64,000 bases of DNA from Asterionella formosa (Eukaryota): assembly GCA_002256025.1 (NCBI GenBank), contig NKIB01005371.1, forward strand, positions 62,001 to 126,000. The letters are read 5' to 3'. A program made the position numbers and the translations under genes. Positions 1 to 11,528 of the stretch are shown in pieces. The stretch's first letter is position 1. Each line of letters starts with the position of its first letter. The notes under the pieces were generated by a model. It made no database searches, was not told where the DNA came from, and was given only the letters and a program-made list of their open reading frames with translations.

Positions 1-3000
1 ACATTATCAACAAGTTCATCAATGCAAACAAGTGCCTGCAATGTTTTCATCGCCATATCAATGGGTGTATCGGAAAGTTCGCAAGTGTTCCAAAAAGGAT
101 TATCTGAATCACGATTAATTCCTCCATACAGAGCCAAACAAGTCCGGCCGTTCCGAGATGCAAGGGAACGATTCATGGACGAGGCAATGGCATTCAATAC
201 CTGTTTCGCGAAAACATACAAGTCAGGGATTTCTTGAATTGACTTTCGGTCTCCACTCCAACTATTGAAAACACGAAGGTACACTCCACCAATAGTAACC
301 TCACCCTTAAGAGAAACATACTCAAATTTCGATTTCGCTGTCTTCAATTCTTCATCAACAGACCGATATCCTGTCCCTTCTCTTTCTCGTTGAGTTGTGG
401 AAAGAAATGCCTCGAGTTCTTGTCGCATGGGTAGGTTCCAAATGCGGAGAGGCGTCTCTGTGTTGGAATTTAATGTCTGAAGTAGATCCCCCGTTCTTTT
501 ATTCCTTAGTAAGCGTGCAACAGACGGAGTTAAAACATTAGAGAGAGCTTGACACAAATTATCGTTCTTAGGGGATGTCAAACCCGGGTCCGTCAACAAT
601 CCACATAACATTCCTAATCCACGGGCAGAGAGCCGAGCATGGTTATTGCAAGCTGCTTGAGATTGGTGCATGTCATCTTGGTCGACTGATGTGGCCGCGC
701 CTTCATCGAGAGTCGGATCATACCCAAGGAGTAAGTGTAGCATCGGCCAAACAATACCACAACCTACCAGAAGCTCCTGTAATTCACTTGACCTCGCCAT
801 GTTGGCAACTCCTTCAAGCGCAAATCGTTTTATTGATGCAGATGGCTCTGAATTTGGGTTTATTCCCTCGACACATTTCCTCCAGTTTATACCAAAGTTA
901 TGCACAGAATCAGGCATCGCGAGGAGCGCAGATCGGCCTGCTTCATAGAAACATACTCCCCCAATTGTACGTACAATATGACGAATAATTTCAGTGACAT
1001 CCATGTCACTCGCAATGGACTTAGCGTCGCAATCAGAATTATCCGCGGCTGCACTTGTCACCAAACAGTCAATAGCCAGGACGTAAAAGTTCAACAAATT
1101 GCAGAGAATAATGACACCGCCCTCTGCAATCAACTCCTCTGCATTCAATGGTGATACCAAGCAAGTTTGAAAAACCAACTCAAGTGCAGATTTCACAAAC
1201 GAAGCTCTCAATTTCTGAATCAAGCAGCATCCTAAAACATCAAACGAACTATTGCTACCGTCATATTTACATGATTGAGGCAGGATCAAGCATCGCAACA
1301 GCATATGATAGGCTGGATACTTGTACTTACACATATCACCTGGATATCGTAGGCAAATGAGTATTTGTGTCTTAAGCAAAATGTGCACCACTTGCATTTG
1401 GGAACTCCCTCCTACAAGTCCAGAAGAATCGATTGTTCCTTCAATACTCTCGTCAGCAACAAATGCGGAAGTCCTCTCTGTAATTCGTGTTCCACTCGCA
1501 ACCAAAGGAAGAAGCAATTCATATGAAGCTTGAATTGTCTCAAACATGTCTCGCCCCGCTGGGTTCTAAAAGATTAAAAAACGCGTCAGTCAACGGAGAA
1601 AACACTAAAAAAATCATGAGCACAAGCACTCACTTTGTCGGGATGGAATTTCCTGGCCAACATTCTATACGCTTTTCGCAGTTCCTTCTCTCCATCACCT
1701 TCGTGGAGGTCAAGGACCTTTCTTGCTTCTTCTTGTGCGTCTTCCTCCTTGTTCTCATCTCTATTCATCTGTTGTTTCCATTCGTCAAGACAGGCTCGGA
1801 ATACTTCAACAGGTTCAGTAATTGGCCATTCTGGAAATCTTACTTCATCGCACAGGTTGCTGAGGTAGTAATTGTGACAGAAAATTTCATGTTCAAGTCT
1901 CTTGTAGGCAACCCCAGGAAGCGGACAATATTCATATTCACATGTTGTGTTCTGCCTAAGTCGACTTGGAAAGTCACCGAGATGCTGGTGGATCATTTCA
2001 ATCAAATGCCGTCGCATCTCAAAGTTCCAAATAACCTCTGGCGTATCATAGTTTCCAACAAAAATCTCACTAAACCTATTAACACCATAATTCACCAGAA
2101 TGAAAAGGATGCCCTCTGGCAGCATATTGCCTAAAATACTCCGTTCCTTCATGGGTAGTTCCGAGGAGTCTGCCGTAGCAGCAAAGCCAGACCTAAAATG
2201 CTGATGTAAATGGGTGTCATGCAAAAGTCTTGCCAAAGGAGCAAAATTGCTGCCAGTGTGACAGCAAGCGAAAAAGTATACCCCAGTCAAGTAAAACTTT
2301 GCCATAGCGGATTCATTGTGCTCAATTAGCTTTCGAAGGAGCTGCGCCGATGCTTCTACAACTCGGTGGTCATTGCAGAGGAGTGCCTGACTCAATATTG
2401 ACAAATAGGACTCACTATGCTTCATGGTTTCAGAGACACTTCCAGCTTGCGACGGATCACGGTTGAAACCACATAGCAATCGCTTCGCAATCGGGATTGG
2501 AAAATAAGGAACTCCTCTTGAATCAAAACTTTTGTGCAGGTCAACTAAGCGTATCAAAGCCCTTGACGCAAGAAGCGACACTTCTGAAGGACTAAATATA
2601 CCATCAGAATCTCCATCAGTGCACAGTTGCCAACGTAGCTGCCACACTTGATCCAGGCGACGCCATTTTCCAGTATCAATTTGCCCCTCACTTACTATAG
2701 TAATTTTTGGGCCATCGTCACTGGAATAATCTTCTACTTTACTGGCAGTCACTTGATCAAACGTGCTCAAATCTCCATTCTGAACCATTGATTTTAGGAT
2801 TGAGATGCGAAACGGACCACGTATTGTGTTCTCTGGTGGCGGATTCCGAGCAGTGGATGCAACAAACCAAACAGCTGGGGAGTAGGCATCATCACCTTTT
2901 ACTTCAGCCGAATTCACAATGGTAATGGAAGGATCCATGCTGCTGAATCCCAGACCCGAGCCGGAAGATATTAACGAGCCATTGAGATCTTGCATATGAA

Positions 3001-6000
3001 GCGTCGAGCTCATCAAGTTGCCTACCTGAGCACCACTAGTGTGCCCCCAAGCTACAAATTGACACAGTTGACCAATGCTATCAACATTCAATAGCTGCTC
3101 AGCGTTGTCTGGAATATTGATTTTCCCATGTCTATCTTCATCACTTGACACACCCAAAAGAGTAGCAACAAGGCCCAACAACCGATGTTGTGTTTCTACA
3201 TTCTTGGTCGATGCCATTGATCGCACCATAATCATGATGTCTGGCCAAGCCCCGATGCGATCTGCATGAAAAGTATACAAGCGCTCCAAACACCTAATAC
3301 ACATGATGGTCACCATTGTATTTCGGTCAAGTTCACACAGAAATCGACGGAAAAGGACCTCAAACAGTCGAACCGGTTCATCCCAACTTTTGATGAAACC
3401 ATCGCCTGCCTGTAGCCAAAGCCGCATGTATATACTGCCAACCTTGACTTCGTCATCCAATGACGGATAAGCAACACAAAATTGTTGGTGATTCCAAGCA
3501 ATTTGATCCACGCCTCCTCGAACATCAGCTTCTTTTTTGATCAACTGAATTTCATTTTCAAGAGCAATTCGTAGCTCACGCCGAGTCTGCTGGTTCCAAA
3601 TCAAATCTGGAAGAGAGTGGTCTTTTGTCAGAACATGAAAGAAGATCCTGAAGTTTTCTAGCTTGATCTGTTGCTGATGCATAATCTTGTTGGTGGTTAT
3701 TGCGATCCTAGACCGAAGCCTCAACATATTGGTTGCAGAAGAACGTGATGGACTTTTTACACCATTCACAGTAGAAAGCATGTTTTCACCACTATCATCA
3801 TCAGGAAGGTACCCAGCTTCTATACCATCCCTCTCGAGATCATCTAATTGTTCTTCCTCCATTTGACTTAGGATAGGCATGTCAAGGTAGCACATAAAAC
3901 CATTTGGAATCATTCGATTCAGCAATCGTTTTTCGTCACAACTAATGGGACCAGAAAGCCATAAGCTGCAAAGAAATCGACTAAGGAAACGTTGGCCTTC
4001 AAGAGGACTGAATATAGCGGCGTGAAAGTGTTGCAATAGAATGCCAGAGCTCAGGGCTGCATCGCGAATGGCGACTGCAGCTGATGGTGCATATGACGAT
4101 AATAGATGCAAAAGTAAAGCCGTATTCTCAATCACAAACGGCGTTTGCGACCTCAATGTTGAAAGAAGGGCTCGATGGCCCTTTGCAAGCGCTTCTATGA
4201 AAGCATTGAAATATTCTGGACTTGTAGTGTCATTGGAGGAACAGAGAATGCTTTGTAAGATGTCGCTGCTTCCCATAAGAATGAGGTCCGATACCACTTG
4301 TCCCCCATCTGGTCGCTTCGCGTTCGCATCAATCAATGTTGCGACCAATCCGTGAATCAGCTTTTGTCCCCCAGTTCTCAGAACGATACTCTTATTTACA
4401 AACTCAATCTCCATGTCTCGTGTATTGTTACTAGATACAAGTAAATACAAGACTCGGAGTGCCCAGAACTGGCAAAACACGTCATCAACGTCCCAAAACA
4501 AGCCCAAAGCCGCTTGGAGAGTGCTAAGTTCGACACTGTCTCGGTACCCCGTCACAGTCTGGGTAAGTCTGTAAATGGTCTGAAAGATTGGCGTTGCTGC
4601 TAGCTCTGCAAGATACCACTGTTTTGAATCATCGTCGTCCTTCTTCAGAAGCTTGGAAATTATACCCCAAAGTGCACCAAGACATCCAATTACTGTCTTA
4701 TCTGTGTCACCCTTGGGCAATCCTTCTCCTGACAGAGGTACACTTGCATTAAATTCACGACACGCTTCCACAGCTACAAAGCACTCCTCTACAATTTGAA
4801 AGCGTTGCCCTTCCCTCAGCGAAGATTCAATTTTTATGTCCAGAAAGGCAAACGCTGCAGTCGAAACCTGGTGAACGCGCCTAAGGCAATAGAATGGAAT
4901 TGAAATTGGTTGGAAGATACTACTTGGCTCATCAGCCAAGAAGGAGCAAGCCAGTGAATATCCTTCACTCGTTACATCTGAAACATGAACTGTTTTGTTC
5001 TTTCCCAAAGTCGTCGCCGCATCCAAGATTGAAACAATCAGTGTGTCTCTCGCAATAGACCCATAGGTACGATGGTTTCCGCCTGTAAATTCTAAGGTCA
5101 ATTTTTCAGTATGAGCGTGCCTCACTAATGCATGAAGTTCATGCAAGGGTCGGCAACTGACTACTCCGCCACCGTCAAGTTCGAGAAGATAGCCTTTCCT
5201 AGTTATAGCCAATGTTCGATTGACACTACCGCCCACCCAGCCGAGATCGTTTCCTACAATGGAAGCATCATGTCGTTTTGTTTCTTTATTGACGTCCCAT
5301 GCCATGACAATAGTTTGATCTTTAGCAAGTGCTCTTCTTTGTTCCAACCATGATTGCGTGGAGCACGACTCACGAATCTGCAGCGGTAGTCCCAGCATTT
5401 CGTATCGTTCTCTCATGACCGTCACCAAATCGCTCCTACCATTACCATGACGTCTACTCGACTGAATAAAGAATAAGCGAGACTTTCCAGATTCGAAATG
5501 AAACATGATTCCTGTATTATCATCCGCAGTGAAGGAAACGGCGACAATGTCCCTGAATCGATATGTTTGTATCTCATGCAATGACGACGGATGCTTTTCG
5601 CACAGACCATGCCATGCCACTTGCAACGACATGCCCACCCTAGTACCATGTCGCGTCTGACGCGAGCACGCCTGAAAAATGGTAAATTCTTCTCCCGAAG
5701 GTCCTTCGACCTTCAGTTTGCACTCAAGCAAAGCACTGAGTACTGATGGGCTGTCCACACTATGACACTTGAACTTCAGTTTGTCAGCATTGACTTGTAA
5801 TAGAATGGAATTGTTTTCTTTGGGCATCGCTAACCACTCTACCAAGGACGTATAGTACCAAGTATTGGTCACTTGATGGGTATCGGGATCAATGGTACAG
5901 AAGCGATCCTTGTAGAGAGTCAGAAGCCTCACATAGCCAGTTCGCCACGACCTGAGCTTGGTCACCTGAAATTGAAACAAAGCTCGTTCGGCGCGATGAA

Positions 6001-6274
6001 ATTCTTCGTGAGCCTTCGCCATAGCCGTAGTGGTCGAAAATCCAATCTTTGGACTCCTTGCGGGTTGAGGTGACAGCAACCGCCGACCTAAGTTCTGAAA
6101 CGTAGCAGCAACGGAAGCCACTACATCAGTGCCTGATTCGGTTGGCAAGAGCTGTTGCTGTTGCTGATCTTGAGCATACAGTTGAGGGTGAACTTGGTCT
6201 TGGGGACCTCCTGAAATTGCTTGATGATTGGGAACAAATAGAGGATCGCTGTGGGGTGGTGGTTGAGACGCCAT
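1..6274 (-). CDS. DNAJC13: RME-8 / DnaJ homolog subfamily C member 13, 3'-partial. Exons 6274-1634 and 1565-<1, intron 1566-1633.
   Basis: The 1562-aa ORF has RME-8 motifs (DLIWNQQTRRELR, VKVGSIYMRL, FYLTGVYFF, TPEVIWN) and a J-domain KAYRMLARKFHPDK. A GTGAGT...TTTTAG intron rejoins it to NPAGRDMFETIQASYELL, and the frame continues to the window edge (VTIGGVYLRVFN near 270-300). Confidence 0.93.
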
Positions 6275-6392
6275 GGTTGTTCTATGATTTGTGAATCACA
6301 GTTCTTATGATGAAAAATATATAATATTGCAATTCCTTTCCTAACAATACGTCATAACTACAATTAGTAGATAAATTATATATTTGTAAATA

Positions 6393-6701
6393 GGGGAATG
6401 GCTTGCGGTAATTGGTTGAGCACGTTGCCTTGGATCTGAGGTTGTGAGGTTCGATTCCTGCAATTTTTATGTGAAGCAATTTTTGGGTTCGACTCCCACA
6501 CTCCTTACCGTCCCGCACGGTCTTGTCTGGTGTGCAAGAAATAGTGGGTTGCCCCCCTAGCCCTAAAAGCAGCTTCAGCTAAGACGATCATCTTTCGTGA
6601 AGGGTGGTGGTGGTTGGGGACTCACCTACGCTAACAAAACTAGAGGTAGGGAAGCACAGGTCTTGTTGGCAGGCAGCACAATGAATACTTGCCTTGAAAA
6701 A
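6393..6701 (+). mobile_element. tRNA-derived SINE-like element, copy 1
   Basis: Degenerate A-box and two B-box/T-arm motifs (GGTTCGATTCC, TGGGTTCGACTCCCA). The body aligns colinearly with 55945-56282 and ends in CTTGCCTTGAAA. Confidence 0.75.
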
Positions 6702-7266
6702 GGATTCATCCAATACTAATGTGCAATATTATGGTTGCGGAGCACTTGGGAACTTGGCTGTGAATGACAACAAAAAGGTGTCAATTATTACAGCTGGAGG
6801 TTTCACTATGATTCTGTCTGCTATGAAGAATTGTTCATTTAATGCTAATGTTCAATGCTATGGTTGTGAAGCACTTTGGAACTTGGCTGTGGATCACAAC
6901 ATCACGGTGGCAATTACTAAAGAAGGAGGTATTGCTACAATTCTGTCTGCTATGAAGAATCATTCTTCCGATGCTGGTGTTCTAGAAAATTGTCTTAAAG
7001 CACTTCAGAACTTGTTTGTGAATGACTACATCATGGTGGCAATTGAGATTGCTAAAGCAGGAGGTATAATTACGATTCTGTCCGCTATCATTCATCCAGT
7101 AGTCATGATGATTCTTGGAATAGTTGCAATGATGCTTCTACTACTATTCAAAATCACTCATGGTTTGTATTGCAAGAAAAATGGCCATGACTTTCTGTTT
7201 GATACATTTGGCAACAACATTTGCCCCAGCAGTCAGTGTTCTGTACTTGATTTTTCGGATGCATAA
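6702..7266 (+). pseudogene. Armadillo-repeat protein fragment, 5'-truncated
   Basis: Three 129-nt (43-aa) repeats start at 6718, 6847 and 6976 (NVQxxGCxALxNLAV...AGGIxxILSAMKNH). The ORF-track start is a TTG inside the SINE tail, and homology is lost after about 7090. Confidence 0.7.
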
Positions 7267-7782
7267 CATTCATCATCAAAATCATCACTAGCACTGGTAG
7301 CAGTATGACACCCATCATGTCTTTTTTTAGTCTCCATTCATCATAGACTAACCTAGCCGCAGCATCATATGGGATGGATAAATCAACTGCTTCCTCTGGA
7401 ACAATGATGTGTTTCCAAATGAGTTTTTTTCAACAACAAGGTGCTTTGCTGGCTGTTACCTATGATAGAGTGTGTACCATTCTAGAAATATGAGACTTTT
7501 TCCCAAAATGGGATGAAACAGGAAAAACTATTTGTAAATTTAACTGCCCATTGGCATTTGCACCAGAATTGCACCACTATACTTAGAGTAACCTGAATTG
7601 CACAATACAATATCGAATCCATGCTACTATGTTAATATACATAACTAGTATGTAGGAATATATGAGATCCTCAAAATTACAGCCCACCAATATTTGTTGA
7701 ATAATTTGCTCACTTAACTTGCCAATTTCGCATCTATATACTTGAATTCAATTCAAGTTACTCATTCTGACAAGTTGTCAAA

Positions 7783-9857
7783 ATGAGTAAGAAGAATACA
7801 TGCAGTGAGACTAAAAAGCTTGCCAATCTACCTCAGAATGTCTTGTATGCCAAGGATATACCAGCAGATGTTGAAGATAAGGTAGCCCAAGGAATTACGA
7901 ATGCTTCGGACAAATTGAAGAAAACATCTGTTCACCGATGTTTTGCTAAATTGTCTGGTACAAGTGCACTCCGATATCGTAGAGAGATAAGCTATGAGGT
8001 TCATTTTCATGGTCTTCCAAAATTCTTCAAGTTGATTGGTGATTATGAGTCACTGTTGATGCTTAGGGACAAATGTCCTGCCAACTGTCCATCCATCCAT
8101 GAAGGTAGAATCCCTTATAATGTAGCTATGTTTGGTGGAAATACAATGCATCATGGTGGAAAGGAAGTTGTTGATATCATGGGGCATCTTATAAAATGTT
8201 GCGGGGATTGGAATGCCCCTGAAAAGCGAAAGTGATTTCGTGCTGCAGTATGGTGCATTCATAGGGCTCACAATCGAACTGGTATCTACAGGCAGGCTTG
8301 TCAAGATTGTCGTGATAGCCCTTTGATGAGTGGTATGATTGATGCAGTATCCACAAGGGTCATCCTGCTCTACTTAGGTCTGGTAATCCTGCATACAACT
8401 CAGTCTTTACAGATTGTTTGGATAGAATTGGGCTGGATAGATGAGACTACTTATCGCAACCTACAGAGCAGCTCATACCTTGCTGGGTACGACAGTTCCG
8501 TAATCGTCTTTTGTCCAGAAATTCCTTAATTGACTTGCAGACATTTACAATCAGCGTCCAGATTTCTTTTTGTCTGTTTCTTCGCTTTGATGACTTCGTG
8601 GACATCGAGCTAGACCATTTTGAAGCAAAGCATTTTGTCTTCGATGATGCTGGAAACAGCCAAGCTCTATGTCTAAAAGTCTTTGAGAAGTCAGTCGAAA
8701 ACTGGGTGCATCTGTTCCTCTGGATCGATGAAGAGTTCCCCGAGTTTTGTCCAGTGTCACTCCTACTGTCTTACATACACTGTGCAAAGATCAAGGGAGT
8801 TTTTCTTTTTCCTACAGAGGACGAATTGAAATGTCCACCGGCTGATGGCAGTTTTGTCACGCAGGTGTCCTACTTTAGTGGGAACAAACCGGTTAACTAA
8901 ACTTGTTAGAGAGGTGCTTGGTTTGGAGAATCTAAAGGTTGGAATGCATATGTTCCATAGGATGGGGTGACTAGTACCTCTTTGGTCGTTGGGGTGGTGG
9001 AGCTGTGGAATGCTTGATGAAATCTGCTTGTCACCAGTCACTCAAGACAGCAATGTTATATGTTGAGGATGTAGATGCCCAGCTAGCAATTTCCCACCTA
9101 CACAACAATCATTTAAACAAAGTGTGTACATTCAAGTCTAAATTTGTCAAGGTGACTACAGCTACACTAGCATTAAACCTACCCTCAGTGGTGTTTCAGT
9201 GCGAAGTTTCTGAGCTTGCTACATGGTATGTACATGATCAACTGAATGTCCCAAGGTCACGCCCAAGCTCCTTCAGTCCTCCGCACATATGTACCCTTGC
9301 TGTGAGCTACATATGGCTGCAGAATGCCAATGAAAAGCTCGAGTTATTTTTGAATGAGCTAGCGACCACTCATGCAGAAAAATTACGCAGCCTAATCAAC
9401 ATTGTGGTACATGCACGAGTTATGAAGAATGAAGAAAATCGGATGTATTCTAATGCTATTGCTGCTACTACAAGTAATCAAGATTCAACAAATAGAAAAT
9501 GGTTCAACAAACACTGCTACTACTACAATCGGAATAATGGATGCTGCTACCATTGCCAAAGCACCAAAGAAAAACCGGAAAAGTGGGTCCATTGAATTTG
9601 AAGAGATTTTTCAGGTTGCCAAAACAAAAAATTCTCATGAGAAGCTTGACTTGATCTTGAATCTTGTAAGCAAAATGGAGCGTCTCCTTCACTCAGATGT
9701 CACTGAAAGTATGCGACTCTTTGATGCAAAGTTCATCAAGCCGATTATCACATGCTTCCTGAACCATTGCGATGGCAACAGAGACACTTTCCACAGCCTC
9801 CATCCCCAGTTCCTCCACTCAAAATTCTCCAAAGGCGGTGGATGTAACAAAGGTTGA
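7783..9857 (+). mobile_element. Crypton-like tyrosine recombinase transposon relic (frameshifted)
   Basis: Broken ORFs carry YR motifs in order: LFLRFDD, EFCPVSLL, FLFP, KVGMHMFHRMG/YLFGRWG (degenerate GTHTFRKTGYLF) and LMKSACHQSLKTAMLY (degenerate SARH...Y). Confidence 0.7.
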
Positions 9858-10129
9858 TTTTAGAGTAAAGTAAGTCAGTAAATTAAAAGAAATTGCATGT
9901 GAAATGATAGCAACAACCAGTGACCATTTTCAACCATCACATTTGGTGAGTTCACATGCAACATGTTGTGCTTCAAATTAGCTAGATGCGCCTAAAAGGG
10001 CAATTAAATTGGTGGTAAAACAAATTTTAACTTCTCCCCATTGTTTACAGCTAAATAAATTTTGTTTCGTCGCTGCAATCAAGAGAGAGGAAATGCGGGG
10101 TGAATCGAAAATGATTTCTTTCATTTGTA

Positions 10130-10208
10130 AGCCAATCTTGGTCACATTTTAGACTTAAGCCAATACGTATACAGCGAGCTTAAGTCTGAAATAAGGCCAA
10201 GATTGGCT
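10130..10208. repeat. Imperfect inverted repeat with 31-bp arms and a 17-bp spacer
   Basis: AGCCAATCTTGGTCACATTTTAGACTTAAGC (10130-10160) matches the reverse complement of GCTTAAGTCTGAAATAAGGCCAAGATTGGCT (10178-10208) with 4 mismatches. Confidence 0.85.
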
Positions 10209-10468
10209 GAAAGATGAAGAAGTTCAAAATCGCGAAGTAACAAAAATAATATTTTTCGGAGTTTTAGCCCTGTATGTTTTGACGTAGAAACGTCATGTAG
10301 AAGTAGTTTCAGCATGATGGTGAGCCTTGATAAAATATCTTTACCATGACGACACTAATTGAAGATTCAATTACTCTGCCTACTGGTTTCTTTTGCTCCT
10401 CTATTCCAAAGGCCTATTGCCTTAGCTAGAAATATGATTCAGTCGCTGCATGAAATGGTGCAGAAGAA

Positions 10469-10966
10469 TTGGACGAAGACAACAAGGACAAGACAAGGAT
10501 GAGAAATTCGACCCTGCAACACGATTGGATACAGCTGTCTACAATCATCAATGCATTGATGGCGAGAACAAGGCAACAAGACGACTTTTCAACAGAGGAG
10601 ATAGCGGAGTATCACGACCTATGCGGGGATTTCTTAGGGAAGTGGATTGATCTGGCAGGAGAGACGAAGCATGTGACAAACTACATTCATATCGTGGGAT
10701 CCGGACATTTGGTTCATTTTTTACAGGAATTCGGTAATCTCTGCAAGTTCAGTCAACAGGGATGGGAGGCTCTTACCCAAAAAATAAAGAAGGTTTACCA
10801 CAACAAAAAAAATCACGGAGGGAATGTAGGTGGACATACAAAGCTCAAACAGGGACACATAAGCCGGTTTGGATGTTCCTTGTTTCCAGGTATGTTATGT
10901 GGAGGACAGGTTTTGGGGACCGGTTTTTTCTACAAATCAAAATATGTACAAGGACGAAAATGTTGA
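10469..10966 (+). mobile_element. C-terminal fragment of a RAG1/Transib-like DDE transposase
   Basis: VTNYIHIVGSGHLVHFLQEFGNLCKFSQQGWEAL mirrors RAG1 [32 protein letters not shown]. No N-terminal part is present. Confidence 0.6.
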
Positions 10967-11528
10967 TGAGATTTAATAGAGAGTAGTCTGTAATTAGTAG
11001 TACATGGATTATTGTGATTTGTTCTACTATTTTTTATCATTCTAGACTTGCCAAGCAAGGCAAGCTCATTTGCATCCTCTTTTGGGGGGGGTGGGTGGGG
11101 GGGGGGGCAGGCTTTGTTGTGCCAACTCCAAAATTCCAACCAAACAATCGCTGTAGACTCTTTAGCTCACCGGTCGACACTATTTGAATCCAGTGCTTAT
11201 CAGTAGATGTAACCTTGCAACTATTAGCAAGTGAAAGTAGGAAAATTTTAACATGTCGCTGGATTTTCTTGGTTGCCACAACCAAAAAATCATCATCCCC
11301 ACCATCACGTCGTCGTTTTTGCTCATCAATCATCCATTTGTGGAAAAAGAACCAACATTCCCAGCTCACATGCATGACATCACAAAGGTTGATTGCGCTG
11401 TTTAGATATAAATAGAGGAGCCGCTTTGAGGAGAGAGCTTATACATTTCTTCCCTGACATGATGAATGAAAGAATAGATTTGTTCACTGTAAGTGTTGGA
11501 GCCGACAGGAAATGGCAACTCGCTTTGT

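Noticed and set aside
1487..2134. Long ORFs antisense to or overlapping real genes (e.g. 1487-2134, 12726-13265, 18931-19500, 45235-45798, 58928-59590)
   Set aside because: They are shadows of well-supported genes on the opposite strand and have no motifs of their own.
6393..6506. Functional tRNA gene
   Set aside because: The D and anticodon arms are disrupted, there are two B boxes, and the head is attached to a repeated 200-nt body. It is better explained as a SINE head.
6503..6590. HDV-like (theta-type) ribozyme after the tRNA head: CCG-TCCCGCA-CGG, later GG and GCTAA
   Set aside because: P3/L3-like and J4/2-like words are present, but I could not find upstream P1 or matching P2 strands. 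TCTTG pairs locally with CAAGA instead.
11084..11107. G-run (G8-T-G3-T-G11) as a functional G-quadruplex
   Set aside because: An isolated homopolymer inside a decayed repeat island with no supporting context; its length is also error-prone.
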